Assembly: GCA_051362555.1 (NCBI GenBank) | Contig: CM120640.1 | Span: 17,918,001 to 17,982,000 of the forward strand | Source: Lingula anatina | Taxonomy: Eukaryota; Animalia; Brachiopoda | Direction: 5' to 3' | Length of the DNA stretch: 64,000 nt | Shown here: positions 34,041-47,923 of the stretch, piece after piece | Layout: the number at the start of each line of letters is the position of its first letter | How positions within the stretch are numbered: position 1 is the stretch's first letter | Notes under the pieces: generated by a model | What the model saw: the letters and a program-made list of their open reading frames with translations, nothing else | What the model was told of the DNA's origin: nothing | Databases searched by the model: none | Position numbers and translations under genes: made by a program

Positions 34041-37000
34041 ATGGATGGTAATAGTGATGGACAAGATGAATCAGTTATATTTTGAAATAATTTACAATGC
34101 GAAGTAGCTCGTATCATCACAACAAAATAAGAATACTCTTATTTGAAGGGTTCTCCTTTGAAGAACAATGGGACAAAATCAACAGTGGTCATATTATGAT
34201 GGTATGTTTCGCTATGGGGCTGCTGTTAGCATGCTTCTTTGCCTTTGTAAAAGGTAAGTCAGCCTTCACTGATGTTCAAAACTATTATCTTAAAAATATG
34301 CCTTATATTATATAATGAATTTTTTGTCACTTTTTAAAATATTATGTCCATATAGTTTAGGTCTTATGTGAACGAAACCCTGACAGTCGGAGAGCTGACC
34401 GTTGCCATGTGTCAGAATCTCAGCCAAAGAACTGCTGGTGACATATATCCTCTGTGTCACCATGCTCCCCCGGGTTGTCTGAGTAATTTTATTTTCATGT
34501 TCCCTCTTGCTTAGGCATACTGCCCCCAGAGCAGTAGAGAGCTGGCGGCATTTCCTTTATCTAAGTGTGCTAAGCCGTCACTCTCAGAGTGGACGGTAAT
34601 ATCAGGGGGCGAATCCAGAATTTTTTGATGGGGGGTCCGGTTTTTTAGGGATTGATAGGCCTCGGATTGCTAGGCCAACACTCACCTCCTCCAGGTTCGT
34701 CTGTTGGCCTCGAAAAAAATTGGTGTTTTGGAGGGCAAATGGCGCCATTTGGTACGGTTTAGAACTATAATTTAGCTAGATCAGGAACCCCTGACACCCC
34801 CCTAAATTCGCCACTGAATATTACATAGATATTAGAGTAGTATTGCAGAATGCCATTGTCTTCAACCTGGGTGTCAATGAACTGATTCTAATGCCAACTT
34901 TATATTTATATGGGATAATCTAACAATCTAGACCCCAGGTATGAGAAAACTGGCGGTCATTTGACATTTATTCAAAAAGGTTTACGTTCGTCATCCGTAC
35001 AGCCTTGTGATGATTTTACAGTTTAAACCTGCGCGTCTCTTTGTCCTTTAATCAGAAAGGTGCTGGCTATCATTTTATGAAAAAAAAATAACGTGTGTTA
35101 TTTATTTCTTTTCAGTTTACTGTCTCAAGAAGAAGCAAAGAAAACAAGGTAAGAGTTTAAAACCTGTACTATAGACCAATATATATATATATATATATAT
35201 TCCTCTTATTTATCTAGATGAGAATATTGTTCGTATTTATTCACGTTTTATGAGTTCAGATAAAGGCACATGTAGCTAAGTGCTCCTTTTTAATCCGGGG
35301 CAGGAGGTGCATATTGGTAACCTTCAATCAAGTTCGCACTTTCATCAAAAATGTTGTTAAGTTTTTTGGTCGTTGATTCAGTTAACGTGTTGTTGCTCAA
35401 TTATAGCCACCCGCAAAAGAACCGCTGCTAAGACGCGCCGCTACAGGAACAACCGTGCGGTCTTGTTGAGACGGGTAAGATTTAGTAAAACAACAGCACT
35501 GGTGTTCTTTTCTTACGATAGGACAATATACTTTTAAGTATATTTAAAAATATGCTGCGCCGGTCAAGCTTGGTTGATATTTTTATTATCGTATAATATT
35601 TTCAAATCAAAGCGAATTTCATTTGATATTTCCAGCATTATGCAATGGTATATAGAACTTGAAAAGGGAATGCTCTTTGCTTAATCTACGGAAACTAATT
35701 ATTTAATTTTACCAGGCAGAATTAAATTGTGCAGATGATGAATATTTCTAATAAAGGCACATTTCTAAACATTTAGCCCCACGTTCATGTTGCACGGACG
35801 AGAAAATTAAAAGACATGAAAGTTACATGTGTGCATGGAATTTGCAGAATTGTTTTCAAGATAAACAAAATCCAGAATACCCTTGTGCAGGTACGTTTTC
35901 TCATAACTGAAGTGGACGTTAGCACTTAGATGATAAAGAATTTATAGTTTGCTTCATTGATAATATACAGATAATATTTGACAATATTTGTGGAAAAAAA
36001 ACAGGGAGATATGTGTCAGAAGTAAAACGCCTATAATTATTTCACTGTAGGTTCATTCCCTAGTAAAACGGCACATAGAGGAATGGCAGAACCAAAGGGT
36101 GATTGCGATTAGAGAGGTGAATATTCTGGTTTAAAGGAATGACATAAGTGTTTCTACCTCAACTTATTGTTTTTATAACAATATTCTTCAAGTCCAATAA
36201 CAGAACATGCATGCTGAATGGTTATACAGAATGAGAATGCTAAGTATTAGATTTTTCGGTGCACGGATAAGGTACCTGAAAATTGTTATGACCCACATAG
36301 AAAACCTTTTTTGGTCTCCCAAACATGAATATAATAGGCCAACTAATCATTCAAGAAGACACGATAGTATATTTAACATCTGATCAAACTTTCAAATGAC
36401 AGCTATTTTCTTTTCAATTCAGCCCCACGTTCACGTTGAACAGCTACGGAAATTAAGAGACCAGGAAGTAACTCGTTCACTTGAAATATGCAAGCATATA
36501 ATCAAGGTTGACAAATTCCAGAACATCCGTACACAGGTATGTTATTATTATTATTATTGAAATAGTTGTGAATACTATGACGATAACTTGTTTGATTTAT
36601 GATAAAATATTGTTACAATTTACAAAGTCCATTTCAAAGACAGATGAATATATGTCATAAGTCATGTAATTCTTTCACTGTAGGTCCACCCCCTGGTAAA
36701 GTTCTACTTACAAGAATGGCAGAACTCACGGGTCGTAGTGATCAGAAAGGTTTGTATTGTGATATAAAGAGATAACATATGCATTAAAACTTGATGTTGA
36801 GTGATAATATAGAATGAGATGGAAGGCTGATAACCTTCAGATTATTTTTTACGGAGGAGCGGATAGTGTTATGACAATTAAAATCACAGGCTACTTTTCG
36901 TGTCGTCCCATAAAATAATATAATAGGACGACTTATTAGTTAAGTTCACCTTAAAATCTATGTGCAAATTAAACAGCAGATCATAATTTCATATGATACT

Positions 37001-40000
37001 TATTAATATACTCTTCTCAATTCAGCCCCACGTTCAGGTTGAACAGCTACGGAAATTCGGAGACCTGGAAGTAACTCGTTCACTTCAAATATGCAAGCAC
37101 ATAATCAAGGTTGACCAATTCCAGAACACCTGTGTGCAGGTATGTTTTATTATTATTATTATTATTGAAATAGATGCGAATGCATAGACGATGAATATTT
37201 ATTTGATTGATTATAAAATAATTGTAAATTATCCAGTGTGAATCTTTTAAACAGATGTATATATCAGAGGTAATGTAATTCTTTCTGAAATACATGTTTT
37301 TATGAAGACATAGCAGTCTTGGTGAGTGACCAGTTATTCAGAACTAAACCATATAATTAGAAATAACATAAAATAGGTGGGGAAAATCAGATATGATACC
37401 TTTAACCAAGGGATGTTTATTAAATTGAAAATTGCAGAATATATGGGGTTTAAAAAAGAATAAATCAAAATTTTCGAATTTAGGTGAATAATTTGATTGT
37501 TCAGCATACCAAAAAACCAATCACGGCCAGAGTCGTCGTCCAACAGACTGGCGGGAAGGAAATCGAGTTGGGAGATCAGACCCTTCTCACACTACAGCAT
37601 CAGATCGAAATCTGCCATATTTCAGCCTCTCTAATATACGTTGATCCAAGCATCATTTTATCAAGACGGCCCGGTAGACGAAGACATGCATCATACAGCA
37701 TAGATGTAACAGATCCTACCATTTTACTGATTGGACATGTTACTAAGGAACAAACATCAAAAGAGACGAGAGAGCCAAATGTCGGGAAGCACGGGGTTCC
37801 GGTGGTTCAGCGTCTTAGCAGAAAAAAGCAGATTAAATCCAGCCCGAAAAACGGGACAAAAGCACTACAGGTACTACAGTAAATGGAAGCAAATAGTTAT
37901 CGTAAATAACCATATGATAAAACTTAAGGACAGGACCCAGTGACGTTATATCATTGCGACTAATGTCTCTCTCAGTTTAAGAAAATAACTAACTAATGAT
38001 ATTTGGAATGTGTATATTCAATTTAGTGACTTTTTTATATGCATTACAGGTGGCGGAACCTCAGCCCGCTGTAGCCAAAGACAGTTTATCAAAAGTGCGA
38101 AAAGAAACACAGAGAAATGAGGGAAAGAGAAACAAAAATGCTAAAAACCCCGATATTCCAGTGGTTAAACACCTTAGCAGGGAAAAGATTAAAAACATTG
38201 CCAATAGGGTCATAGACCAGGTAAAGGAATTATCAGAAATATTGGATACTTAACGTCTGTTTAAAATGATTTTATAACATGCTCATGTTAAATTAATTTG
38301 GTGCAACGGGCGAGGTTAAGGTAAGATACAGGTCTCATCAGCGTGGTGTCATTGCGACTTTATGTTCCTCTCGGAAAAGAGAATAACTAATAACTAATGT
38401 TTGGAATATGTATAGTTAATCTAGTGATATTCTTATTACAGATGGAGAAAAAGAAATCCCTCAATCTACCATCAAAAAAACATGCAGTGACCAATGCTAG
38501 CTTTTTAAAAGTGCAAAAGGACAAGAATTTAAAGGTTGCTTCTTCGGCAGATGAGAAGGACAATGACCTGTTTAACCTTTCTCTTGTAACCCAAGAAGCT
38601 GTAATGGAAAATGGCTTTTTTCAATTGCTCAAATATGATCCAACAAAAGAGACTGGCGGTGTATCTAAAATTCCAAAATCTAAGAAGAAGCGTGGAAACG
38701 GAAAGAAACCAACTATTTTGATGAGAACTTCTTCTCTACCCAAATACAAGTTCATGCCACAAAACTCGGAGGCACCACTTCCTGAAATGCCAGCACCTAA
38801 AGTTACAGCTGTGGGCGACACCGAGCAACATAGGTCCTTCTGTCCGACACTTCCAACAGTGGCGAGCAAACCCGAATACAATGCTGAGGACAGCATCAAT
38901 CAAAATGTGAAGAAAGAGGACTTAGGCCCTGTGTGTGAAGATCCGTGCATCCTGAATAGAACATCTTTTGCCTCTGAACAAATAAAGATTAAACCCACCT
39001 TGCCAGAAACTGAGGTAAGCAATTAAAGAAATGACCCCCATCTTTTCCTTTAAGCAGCTTTGCCTGCTGTGATATAAGCGATAAATTAGGTATCATGAGT
39101 TATAATACATATTGTTATTAGCAACATTCTTAGTTTTTCTTTAAACATATCTTATGCTGAAAACGTCCGTTATAATTCACTATTTTTCATTTAACTTTTC
39201 GTCTTTTTAAAGTACCCGCTGTACATATGATCAGTAAATTAAGCCAATATCAATTATTGATGTCTTATGATAAAATTTTGTTCATTAAAGGTTTTCATCT
39301 TTATAAAGAACTTGTATGCGTGATTATTAACAAGCCATCATTAATTATTAAGGCAAAGACCACAAAAAGCCTTATGAAAAAAACTGAAACCAAAGAGTTA
39401 AGTGAACCAGGCGTCTCCAAAGCCAGAGTTGTTACTGTTGACAACAAAAAACAATTGATAAAAAACACATATGGCAAAAAAGATGTAGCGGATAGTCTCC
39501 ATCAAAATGCGAAGAAAGAGGGTTTGGGTGCTACTCCTAACATCCCGTGCATCCAAAAATGCTCCTCTTTGACAACGAAACAAATTAAGATTGAAGTCAC
39601 TTTGCTGGAATCTGAGGTAAACAATTGATGACAGACACCATTTCCATTTAGTTAATAAACATACGTTTCTGGCTTTCCTTAAACCAGCTTTGTCATATTT
39701 GCATCTTCTATTAGTAGTGGTACATTTCATACATTTCATGGCTAATAAATGCATAAGTCCTGAAAGTAATTTTTGTCAAAATTTTTGCTAAAGAAACTTT
39801 TGAAGAAAAACTGGCAATGATCTTTGGTTCATTTTTGCTATTTCATCATTTTCAGAACTTGTTATTTACTTGATCATTAATGAACACTTACTGATAATGT
39901 TTGGAATATGTATATTTTATCTTGTGACATTCTTATTACAGTTGGAGAAATCGAAGACCTCCAATCTGCCATCAGAAAAATATGTTGTGACCAAAGCCAG

Positions 40001-42643
40001 CTTATTAAAAGTGCCAGAGGACACTCAGGAGTTCGACACAGCAGCTCTGGCAGATGTAACCAAACAAGCTCTAACAGAAAACGACTTTCCTCCTTTGGCC
40101 AAATATGATGCACCAAAAGAACCAAAAGAGACTAGTAATGGAAGGACAACTCCCAAACAAAGGAAGAAACGGGGGAACGGAAAGAAACCAATTGTATTGG
40201 TGAGAACGTCCCTGCCCAATTACAAATTTATGACACAAAATTCGCAGGGACCCCCTTTTGAGAGACCGGCACCTGAAGTTAAAGATGTGGCCAATGGCTT
40301 GCAACAGGAGTCCTTCCATCTGACACTTTCAACTGTGGTGACCAAACCCGAATACAATGCCGAGGACTACGTCAAACACTATGCGAAAAAAGACGATATG
40401 GACCAAGTACCCTGCATCCAAAATAGTACATCTATGGCCTCTGAACAATTATGGATCCAACCCATTAGGCCGGAAACTGAGGTAAGTAATTCAGGAAATA
40501 TCACGTCTTTCACTTTTAACAGCTTTGATATAGTTGCATGCTCTGTTATAAAGAATTAATTGGATTTCATGGGTTATAATACATATATTGATAAAATCAA
40601 CATTCTTAATGTTTCTCATGAAATCTACTGCTGAAGAGGCACGTTATAATCTAAAAGCTTCTCATCTTTATAAACGCAATTGTATATTTGATCACCTATA
40701 TGCCATTATCATTCATTGCTTTAGGCAAAAAACACCAAAAGCCTAATGGAAATACCTAAAACCAAACAGGTAAGGGAACCAGGCGTCGTCAAAGCCAGCG
40801 TTGTTACTGTTGACGAAGAAAAACAGGTCAAAAGAAGCACTGATGACGGAAAAGGGGAAGCAGATAGTGTCAATCAAAATAAGAAGAAAGGGGGACGAGA
40901 AACGAGTAAAATTCCGTGCATCCAAAAACGTTCCTCTTTGACAATGGAACAAGATGAGATTGAACCCACTTTACAGAAAACTGAGGTAAACAGTTAATGA
41001 CACACACACTTTTTCCTCGGGTTACAACCATACGTTTCTGAAGATAATCTTACCAGCTATTTGTGATATTTGCATATATTTAATAATAAGTGGTACTATG
41101 CATTTCTCAGAGTCATAAGTACATAAACTCTTATAAGTATTTTTTGTCAGTATTTTTTAAATTCTTATGAGAAAGACCTAATTGTGAACTTTCATTCTTA
41201 AATTTGTTTTCATTCTTTTGTAGAACTTGTTATTTACTTGATCATTAATGATAAAATCTTATAAATATAGGCCAAGAAAATCCAGAGCTGTTTGCAAGTA
41301 GCTGAGACAGAACACCCAAGAGAGCTTGACATCATCAAACCTGAAGTTCCTATGGCTAAAGACAAAACACAGTTTGATAGCAACACGAAAGAAGACAGGA
41401 AAAAAGAAACACCGCAAAGTCAAAGTGAGACCATGAGTCTTTCTGTTTCTCCTGTGGACATCGATCCAAGCATTATTTTGCTAAGACAGAGTTTCCATGG
41501 AAAAACACTCGTCTTCCCTGACAATGTCGTGTCCTCCATCATAGAAGACTTGATAGACCCTAGCATTTTATTGATGGGACCTGTATCTAAGGCACAAACA
41601 TTGGAAGGGACGAAAGAGCTTAATGTCAGGAAGCACGAAGTTCCAGTGGTTGAACATCTCAACAGAGAAAAGCTGGTTAAAACCAGTCCCCTGGAAAACA
41701 AGGTAAAAATCCTTCTTTAAATGAAATGCGATAGGTCTCGTAAATTGCATATTTGGCGGTTGTAGGCTTTTTTCATTCTTTTGACTCGAAAGCCGTCGTT
41801 TCCTAAAAATAATTTTAAGCATGGCCATTTTAAATGAATTGGATCAGATGCCTGAAACTCAGGTGAAGGCAAGAAACAGGGGTTAGTGACATGGTGTCGT
41901 TGACATACGTACGCCCTTTCTCGATGAAAAAAAACTTCTAGTAACTTATAATATTTGGATAATTTTTATGTAAGAGACTGACATTTTTTATTACAGGGAG
42001 AAAAATCCAAGTCCTCCAATCTTCTAGCAGAAAAAGAAGTTGCGGGAGAAGTTGGCTTATTGAAAGTGCGAGAGGACACAGTTTTTAAGGCAGCATCCTC
42101 GGCAGGGGTCACACTAACAGAAAACGACTTTCCTCCTTTGGCCAAATATGATGCATCAAAAGAACTTAAAGAGACTGGCGACGAAAGGACAACCGCCAAA
42201 CAAAGAAAGAAACTTGGAAACGGAAAGAAACCGATTGTATTGGTGAGAACGTCCCTGCCTAATTACAAATTTATGACAGAAAATTCCGGGGGATCACATT
42301 TTGACATACCGGCACCTAAAGTTACAGCTGTGGCCGACTCAGTAGAACAAAGGTCCCACCATCGGTCACTTGCAACTGTGGTGAGCAATCCCGAATACAA
42401 TGCGAATGACCGCGTCAATCAAAATGCGAAGAAAGTGGATCTGGGCCAAGTATCCTGCATCCAAAACTCCAAGCAATTAAAGATTGAAATCACTTTGCCG
42501 GAAACTGAGGTAAGCCTGTACACATGATCACTAAATTAAACCAATATCAATCATTAAAATGTTATGATTTGATTTTTTTTTTTTTGTCATTAAACTTTTT
42601 CGTTTTTATAAAGAATTTGTTGCACGCTTGATTATTTACAAGC

Positions 42644-42679
<36 letters not shown>

Positions 42680-43933
42680 GGCAAAGACCACAAAAAGCTT
42701 TATGGAAATCCCCGAAACCAAACAGTTAAGGGAACCAGGTATCGTCAAAGCCAGCGTTGTTACTGTTGACGAAGAAAAACAGGTTAAAAGAAGCACTGAC
42801 GACGGAAAAGAGGAAGCGGATAGTGACAATCAAAATACGAAGAAAGAGGGACGAGAAACGAGTAAAATCCCGTGCATCCAAAAACGTTCCTCTTTGACAT
42901 CGGAACAAATGAATATTGAAGCCACTTTACTGGAAACTGAGGTAAATAATCAATGACACATACCCTTTCTCTTTGGGATAAAAGCAATTTCTGAAGTTCA
43001 TTTCACCAGCTTTGTGATATTTACATCTTCTATTATTAGTGGTACAACTCAGTTCTTGGGTCATAAATACATACAGTGCACTCTTTTAAATAAATTCTCT
43101 CAAGATTTTGTTTAAAAATCTGATGATGAAGACTTTATTTTGTTATTTGATTCATAAATAATTTTCTTCTTTTTTATAACCTGTTGTTTTCTTGGCCATT
43201 AATGATGCAATTTCAATTTTACTATAGGTCAAGAAACCCCAGAGCTGTTTACAAGAATCTGAAACAGAACAGCCAAGAGAGATAGATATCCCCAAAGATA
43301 TTATGGTGAAAGACAAAACACAGTTTGAAAACAGTACGAGAGATGACGGGAATAAAGAAATATCACAAACCCAAAGTGAGACCTCGACTCTATCGAATTC
43401 TCCCTTAGACGTCGATCCAAGCATAATTTTGCTGAGACGGAGTTTCAATGAAAAACCACTTGTCTCTCCAGAAAACCTCGTCTCCTTGAGTAGCTTAGAT
43501 TTGGGAGATTCGAGTATTTTATTGATGGGACCTGTATCAAAAGAACGGTCATCAGAAGGGGAGAGAGAACAAAACGTTAGGAAGCACAGCGTTCCGATGG
43601 ATGAACCTCTTCACAGAGAAAAGCATGTTAAACCCAGTCCGACTAACGGAATAAAAACTCAGGTGCGACATTAAATGAAAAACAAATGATATCATAAATT
43701 GCATATTGATTTTAAGTTTGCATTATTATTATTTTCGCTCAATTATTTATGTTTTCGCTCAAAAGCCATCGTTTTTTTAATTATTTGAAAATTGATCATT
43801 TTCATTGAAATGGATGATATGGTCGAAGCTCAGGCTAAGGCAACAGATAGGGGTCAGAGCGTGCCATTTCGACACCAACGACGAATGCCACCCTTGGACT
43901 GAAGAAAATAACTACTAGTGACTAATAACATTT

Positions 43934-43990
<57 letters not shown>

Positions 43991-46900
43991 GCTACTGACA
44001 TTTTTATTACAGACAGAGAAATCCAAGTCCCCTTATCTGCCATCAGAGAGACGAGCTGCGACAAAAGCCAGCTTATTAAAAGTGCGAGAGGACACAAGGT
44101 TTAAAGCAGCAGCTTCGGCAGATGGAACCCCTGAAGCACTAACGGAAAACGATTTTCCTCCTTTGGCCAAATATGGTCAATCAAATGAATCGAAAGAGAC
44201 TGGCGGTGTAAGGAAACCCTCCAAATCGATAAGGAAACGTGCAAACGGAAAGAAACCAATTGTATTGGTGAGAACGGCCCTTCCCAATTACAAATTCATG
44301 ACAGAAAATTCGGAGGGCTCAGCTTTTGAGAGACCGGCACCTAAAGTTAAAGCTGTGGCCGACAGTGAGCAACAAAAGTCTTTCCGTTCGGCACTTTCAC
44401 CTGTGGAGACCAAACCCGAATGCAATGTCAGAGACTACGTCAATCAAAATGCGAAGAAAGAGGACCTGGGCCAAGTTCCTTGCATCCAAAATAGTACATC
44501 TTTGGCCTCTGAGCAATTGAAGATTGAACCCACTTTGCCGGAAACTGAGGTAAGCATTTCAAGAAATGACATCCAACTTTTCCCTTAAGCAGCTTTGGCT
44601 GTTCTGTTGTAAGCAATGGATTTGATTTCATGAGTTATAATATCGGTATCAGTAACATTTTTAGTTTTTCTTTAGAAATCCATGGCTGAAGACGTGCGTT
44701 ATAACTTACCTTTAGCTTGATTCATTAATAATATTTCAGTTATCAAAAATACTTGTGCGGTTAATCAGTAATAAACCAATATAATTTGTTAAGGCGTGAT
44801 GATATTCATTTTGTCCATTGCTAGTTTTCGTTTTTTTTTTTAACCGTGTTGTAAACTTGATCATTAATAAGCCACTGTCAATCATTCATTAGGCTAGGAA
44901 CACCAAAAGCGTTATGGAAATACCTGTACCCAAACAGTTAAGTGAACCAGGCGTCGCCAAGGCCAGCATTATCACTGTTGACCAAGAAGAAAAGGTCAAA
45001 AGAAGCACGAATGACGGAAAAAACGAAGCGGATAGTGTTAATCAAAAAACGGAGAAAGTGGGGCAAGTAACGAATAAAATTCCATGCAGGTCGGAACAAA
45101 TGAAGATTGAAGCCACTCTGCTGGAAACTGAGGTAAACAATTAACGAGATATACACTTTTTCTTTGGGTCATAACCAATCGGTTCTGGTGTTCGTTTAAC
45201 CAGCTTTGTGATATTCGCATCTTTTATTATTAGTGGTACAATACATTTCTTGGGTCATAAATACATACACTCTTATAAGTACCTTTTCACAAGGTTTTCC
45301 TTTAAAATTTTATGATTGAACCTTATAATGTTCTTTGGTTCTTAAATACATTTTCATCCTTTTCCAAAATTTGTTATTTACTTGATCATTAATGACACGA
45401 TTTCAATTTATTAATATAGGTTAAGAAACCCCAGAGCTGTTTACAATTATCTGAATTAGAACCGTCAATAGAGCTAGTCGCCTCCTCGACCGAAAAAGTT
45501 ACGGTTGAAGACAAAACACAGTTTGGTAGCAGCACGAGAAATGACGGGAAAAAAGAAACGTCACAAACTCAAAGTAAGACCCCGCGTCGTTCGAATTCTC
45601 CTATAGACGTCGATCCAAGCATTATTTTGCTAAGACGGAGTTTGGAAGAAAAACCACTTGTCTCTCCAGAAAATATCATCTACTTGAGCAGCTTAGATTT
45701 GGGAGATCCAAGCATTTTACTGATGGGACCTGTATTAAAAGAACGGGCATCAGAAGGGGAGAGAGAACAAAATGTTGGGAACCACGGCGTTCCGATGGTT
45801 GAACCTTTCAACAGAGAAGCGCGTGTTAAAACCATCCCGACAAAAAGGGGGAAAACCCTGCAGGTACGACATTTTATGAATCTGAAAAGCTATTGAAAAT
45901 TGTAAACAATCACAAATCCTTTTATAAAAAATTATTTTAAATGGGGCCATTTTAATGAACTGAATGAGATAGACGGAGTTCTGGTTAAGGCAAAAGGCTC
46001 AGTGACATGGTATATTTCGATCAAATGTACCATATGCCTCCCTCATGTTAAGAGAACAACTGACGTAAGATGTTTGGAATATGTGAATACAATCAAGTGT
46101 CTTTTTTATCATAGGAGGAGAAAGCCGAGCCACAAAATCAACAATTGGGAAAACAAGGTGAAAGCAAAGGAAGCTTATTGAAAATACGAGAAAAAGCACA
46201 GAGAAATGCAGGGATACGAAACCAAAGTGTTAAAAAGCCATATATCCCGGTGGTTGAACACGTCAGCAGGGAAAATATTAAATCCTTCTCGAAAAGGGTG
46301 AAGATACAGGTAGGACTACGCCATAAATGGAATACCCTTACTCTAGATTTGTTTTGAACCTTTTCTGATTTGTTGGCCCTTGCAATTTTATCATAATATT
46401 AAACATAGCCTTCATCGATTTGTGTTATTAATCTACTGTCATTTTTGTTATAGGCAGAGAAATGTTTTAACCTGGTGTCAGAAAAACAAGCTATGACCGA
46501 ACATGAAGCACAAAGATCAGGATGCATGATGAAGCCAACAGTTAGCAAGCAAGGCGTTCTGGCGGATGGAAATCCTCCAATGGAAAATGGGCATAAAGAT
46601 GTTACTGGACCACGATCGAAAAGGAGAGTCCACACTCCATTTTTCAATCACGCAGGCAGCGAGCTTAGCGTAAATGATTTGGCCATAAAGCAGATCAAGA
46701 TCGAACCCTCTGTGCTGCATACTGGGGTTAATTCAGAGGTCGACATAAGAGATATGAGCCCCAATCGAAAGGAGGAAAAAAATAAAGCAACGCTGGAGCG
46801 TCAAGATTTAGAAGCATGTAATAATGGAGGAGCAAAAATGACCAAACCCGAGGAAGATTTAACAAAGGATAAAAGGGACGCTCATGTACAGAGAGTGACA

Positions 46901-47923
46901 CCTTTGCCAGAGAAAGATCAGATAGAATCGACGTCAATCCAGAAAGCATGCTCCTCTTTCACTATACGCGAACGATGTTTGGAGGACTTAAGTACATGGT
47001 ACTGTGATTTGTATCTTACAGGGGGACATCTAGAACTCATCTATATGAAAAAGTTCTACGAGTACCAGGAAATGAAGTCTCGACGTGATAAACTCTTATG
47101 TATATTTCATAACAGCCTGAGACATGTCAGAACTTTAGCCTGTTTAGCTGAAATGAGAGTTGGGAATAAACACAGTGATGGAGATTCAGAATGTTTAAAG
47201 ACTGCTAAAACAGTTAGAGAAAAATGGAAGAGAGCAGCTTTTCGAGCGCGACATGCCGCTTTGCGAGAACTTGCTTTAATCTGGGACAAAGCAGATTTTA
47301 CCGAAACTTCAATTAGTCGTGTTCCCTCTCTCTCTTCGGTTACTTGCTCGTCCATTGCCCCAGAAGAGCAAATGTTGGACAGGCGGACGTCTGACGCCTC
47401 GGACATAGGCACAAAACGATACATAAGTCGACAGCAAGACGCTGCTCTTCGTGATTCCGAGGAATACAACAAGAAGGCATACTTTCTCAGTAATATGAAG
47501 CTCTATAAGTTCGTCAACTTCTTCCAAAGACAGTATATTTTAGAGAATGATTACAACGTGGCTGACTTAAATTATTCAGACTGGGATATAATCATCAAAT
47601 GTCAGCAAGTACACGAAAGGAAGATAAGAAGTTCAAAAATTGAAGGCGGTGTTTCTCCCGGAAAGGAGCGTAAACGCCAAACACCCTGTCAGGAAAAGAA
47701 GGCGCCCACTTTGCAAAAAGACACCACCCCTGAACAGAGAAATATAGATTTAATCCACGCACAAACTTCTGTTGAAACAACACCGTTGCCTTCAAGTGAG
47801 AGTGACAATTGTAATGGAAATGAAGCAACCGGACAACAGATTAATACAATAAAGCAAAAGAAGGGGAGAAAGAAAGCTGTTGTTCTTTTAAGTACGTGCA
47901 GTCTTCCACGTTATAATTTGTGA
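34041..47923 (+). CDS. Orphan giant repetitive membrane-anchored protein (~24 exons, ~2,460 aa) built from tandem exon modules
   Basis: Exons: 34041-34047 (start uncertain; alternative ATG 34097), 34149-34253 (TM HIMMVCFAMGLLLACFFAFV), 35116-35148 (YCLKKKQRKQ), 35407-35474, 35777-35890, 36051-36116, 36423-36536, 36684-36749, 37026-37139, 37505-37870, 38050-38220, 38442-39014, 39353-39616, 39942-40481, 40725-40985, 41271-41702, 41997-42509, 42681-42941, 43228-43662, 44013-44549, 44893-45132, 45420-45863, 46115-46309 and 46454-47923. All exons from 35777 on are phase 0 with lengths divisible by 3. Confidence 0.8.
34603..34816. mobile_element. Short DNA-transposon MITE
   Basis: CAGGGGGCGAATCCAG ... 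CTAAATTCGCCACTG imperfect TIR, with aatat on both flanks. A related partial copy lies near 32540-32600. Confidence 0.6.

Noticed and set aside
35777-35890. Alternative Cys-rich frame APRSCCTDEK...PCA (toxin-like)
   Set aside because: The paralogous exons at 36423 and 37026 have a stop in that frame, and the upstream exon 35407-35474 sets phase 0 for the PHVHV frame.
38621-47828. Antisense ORFs across the repetitive gene
   Set aside because: These are shadows of the + strand coding exons and have no splice structure of their own.
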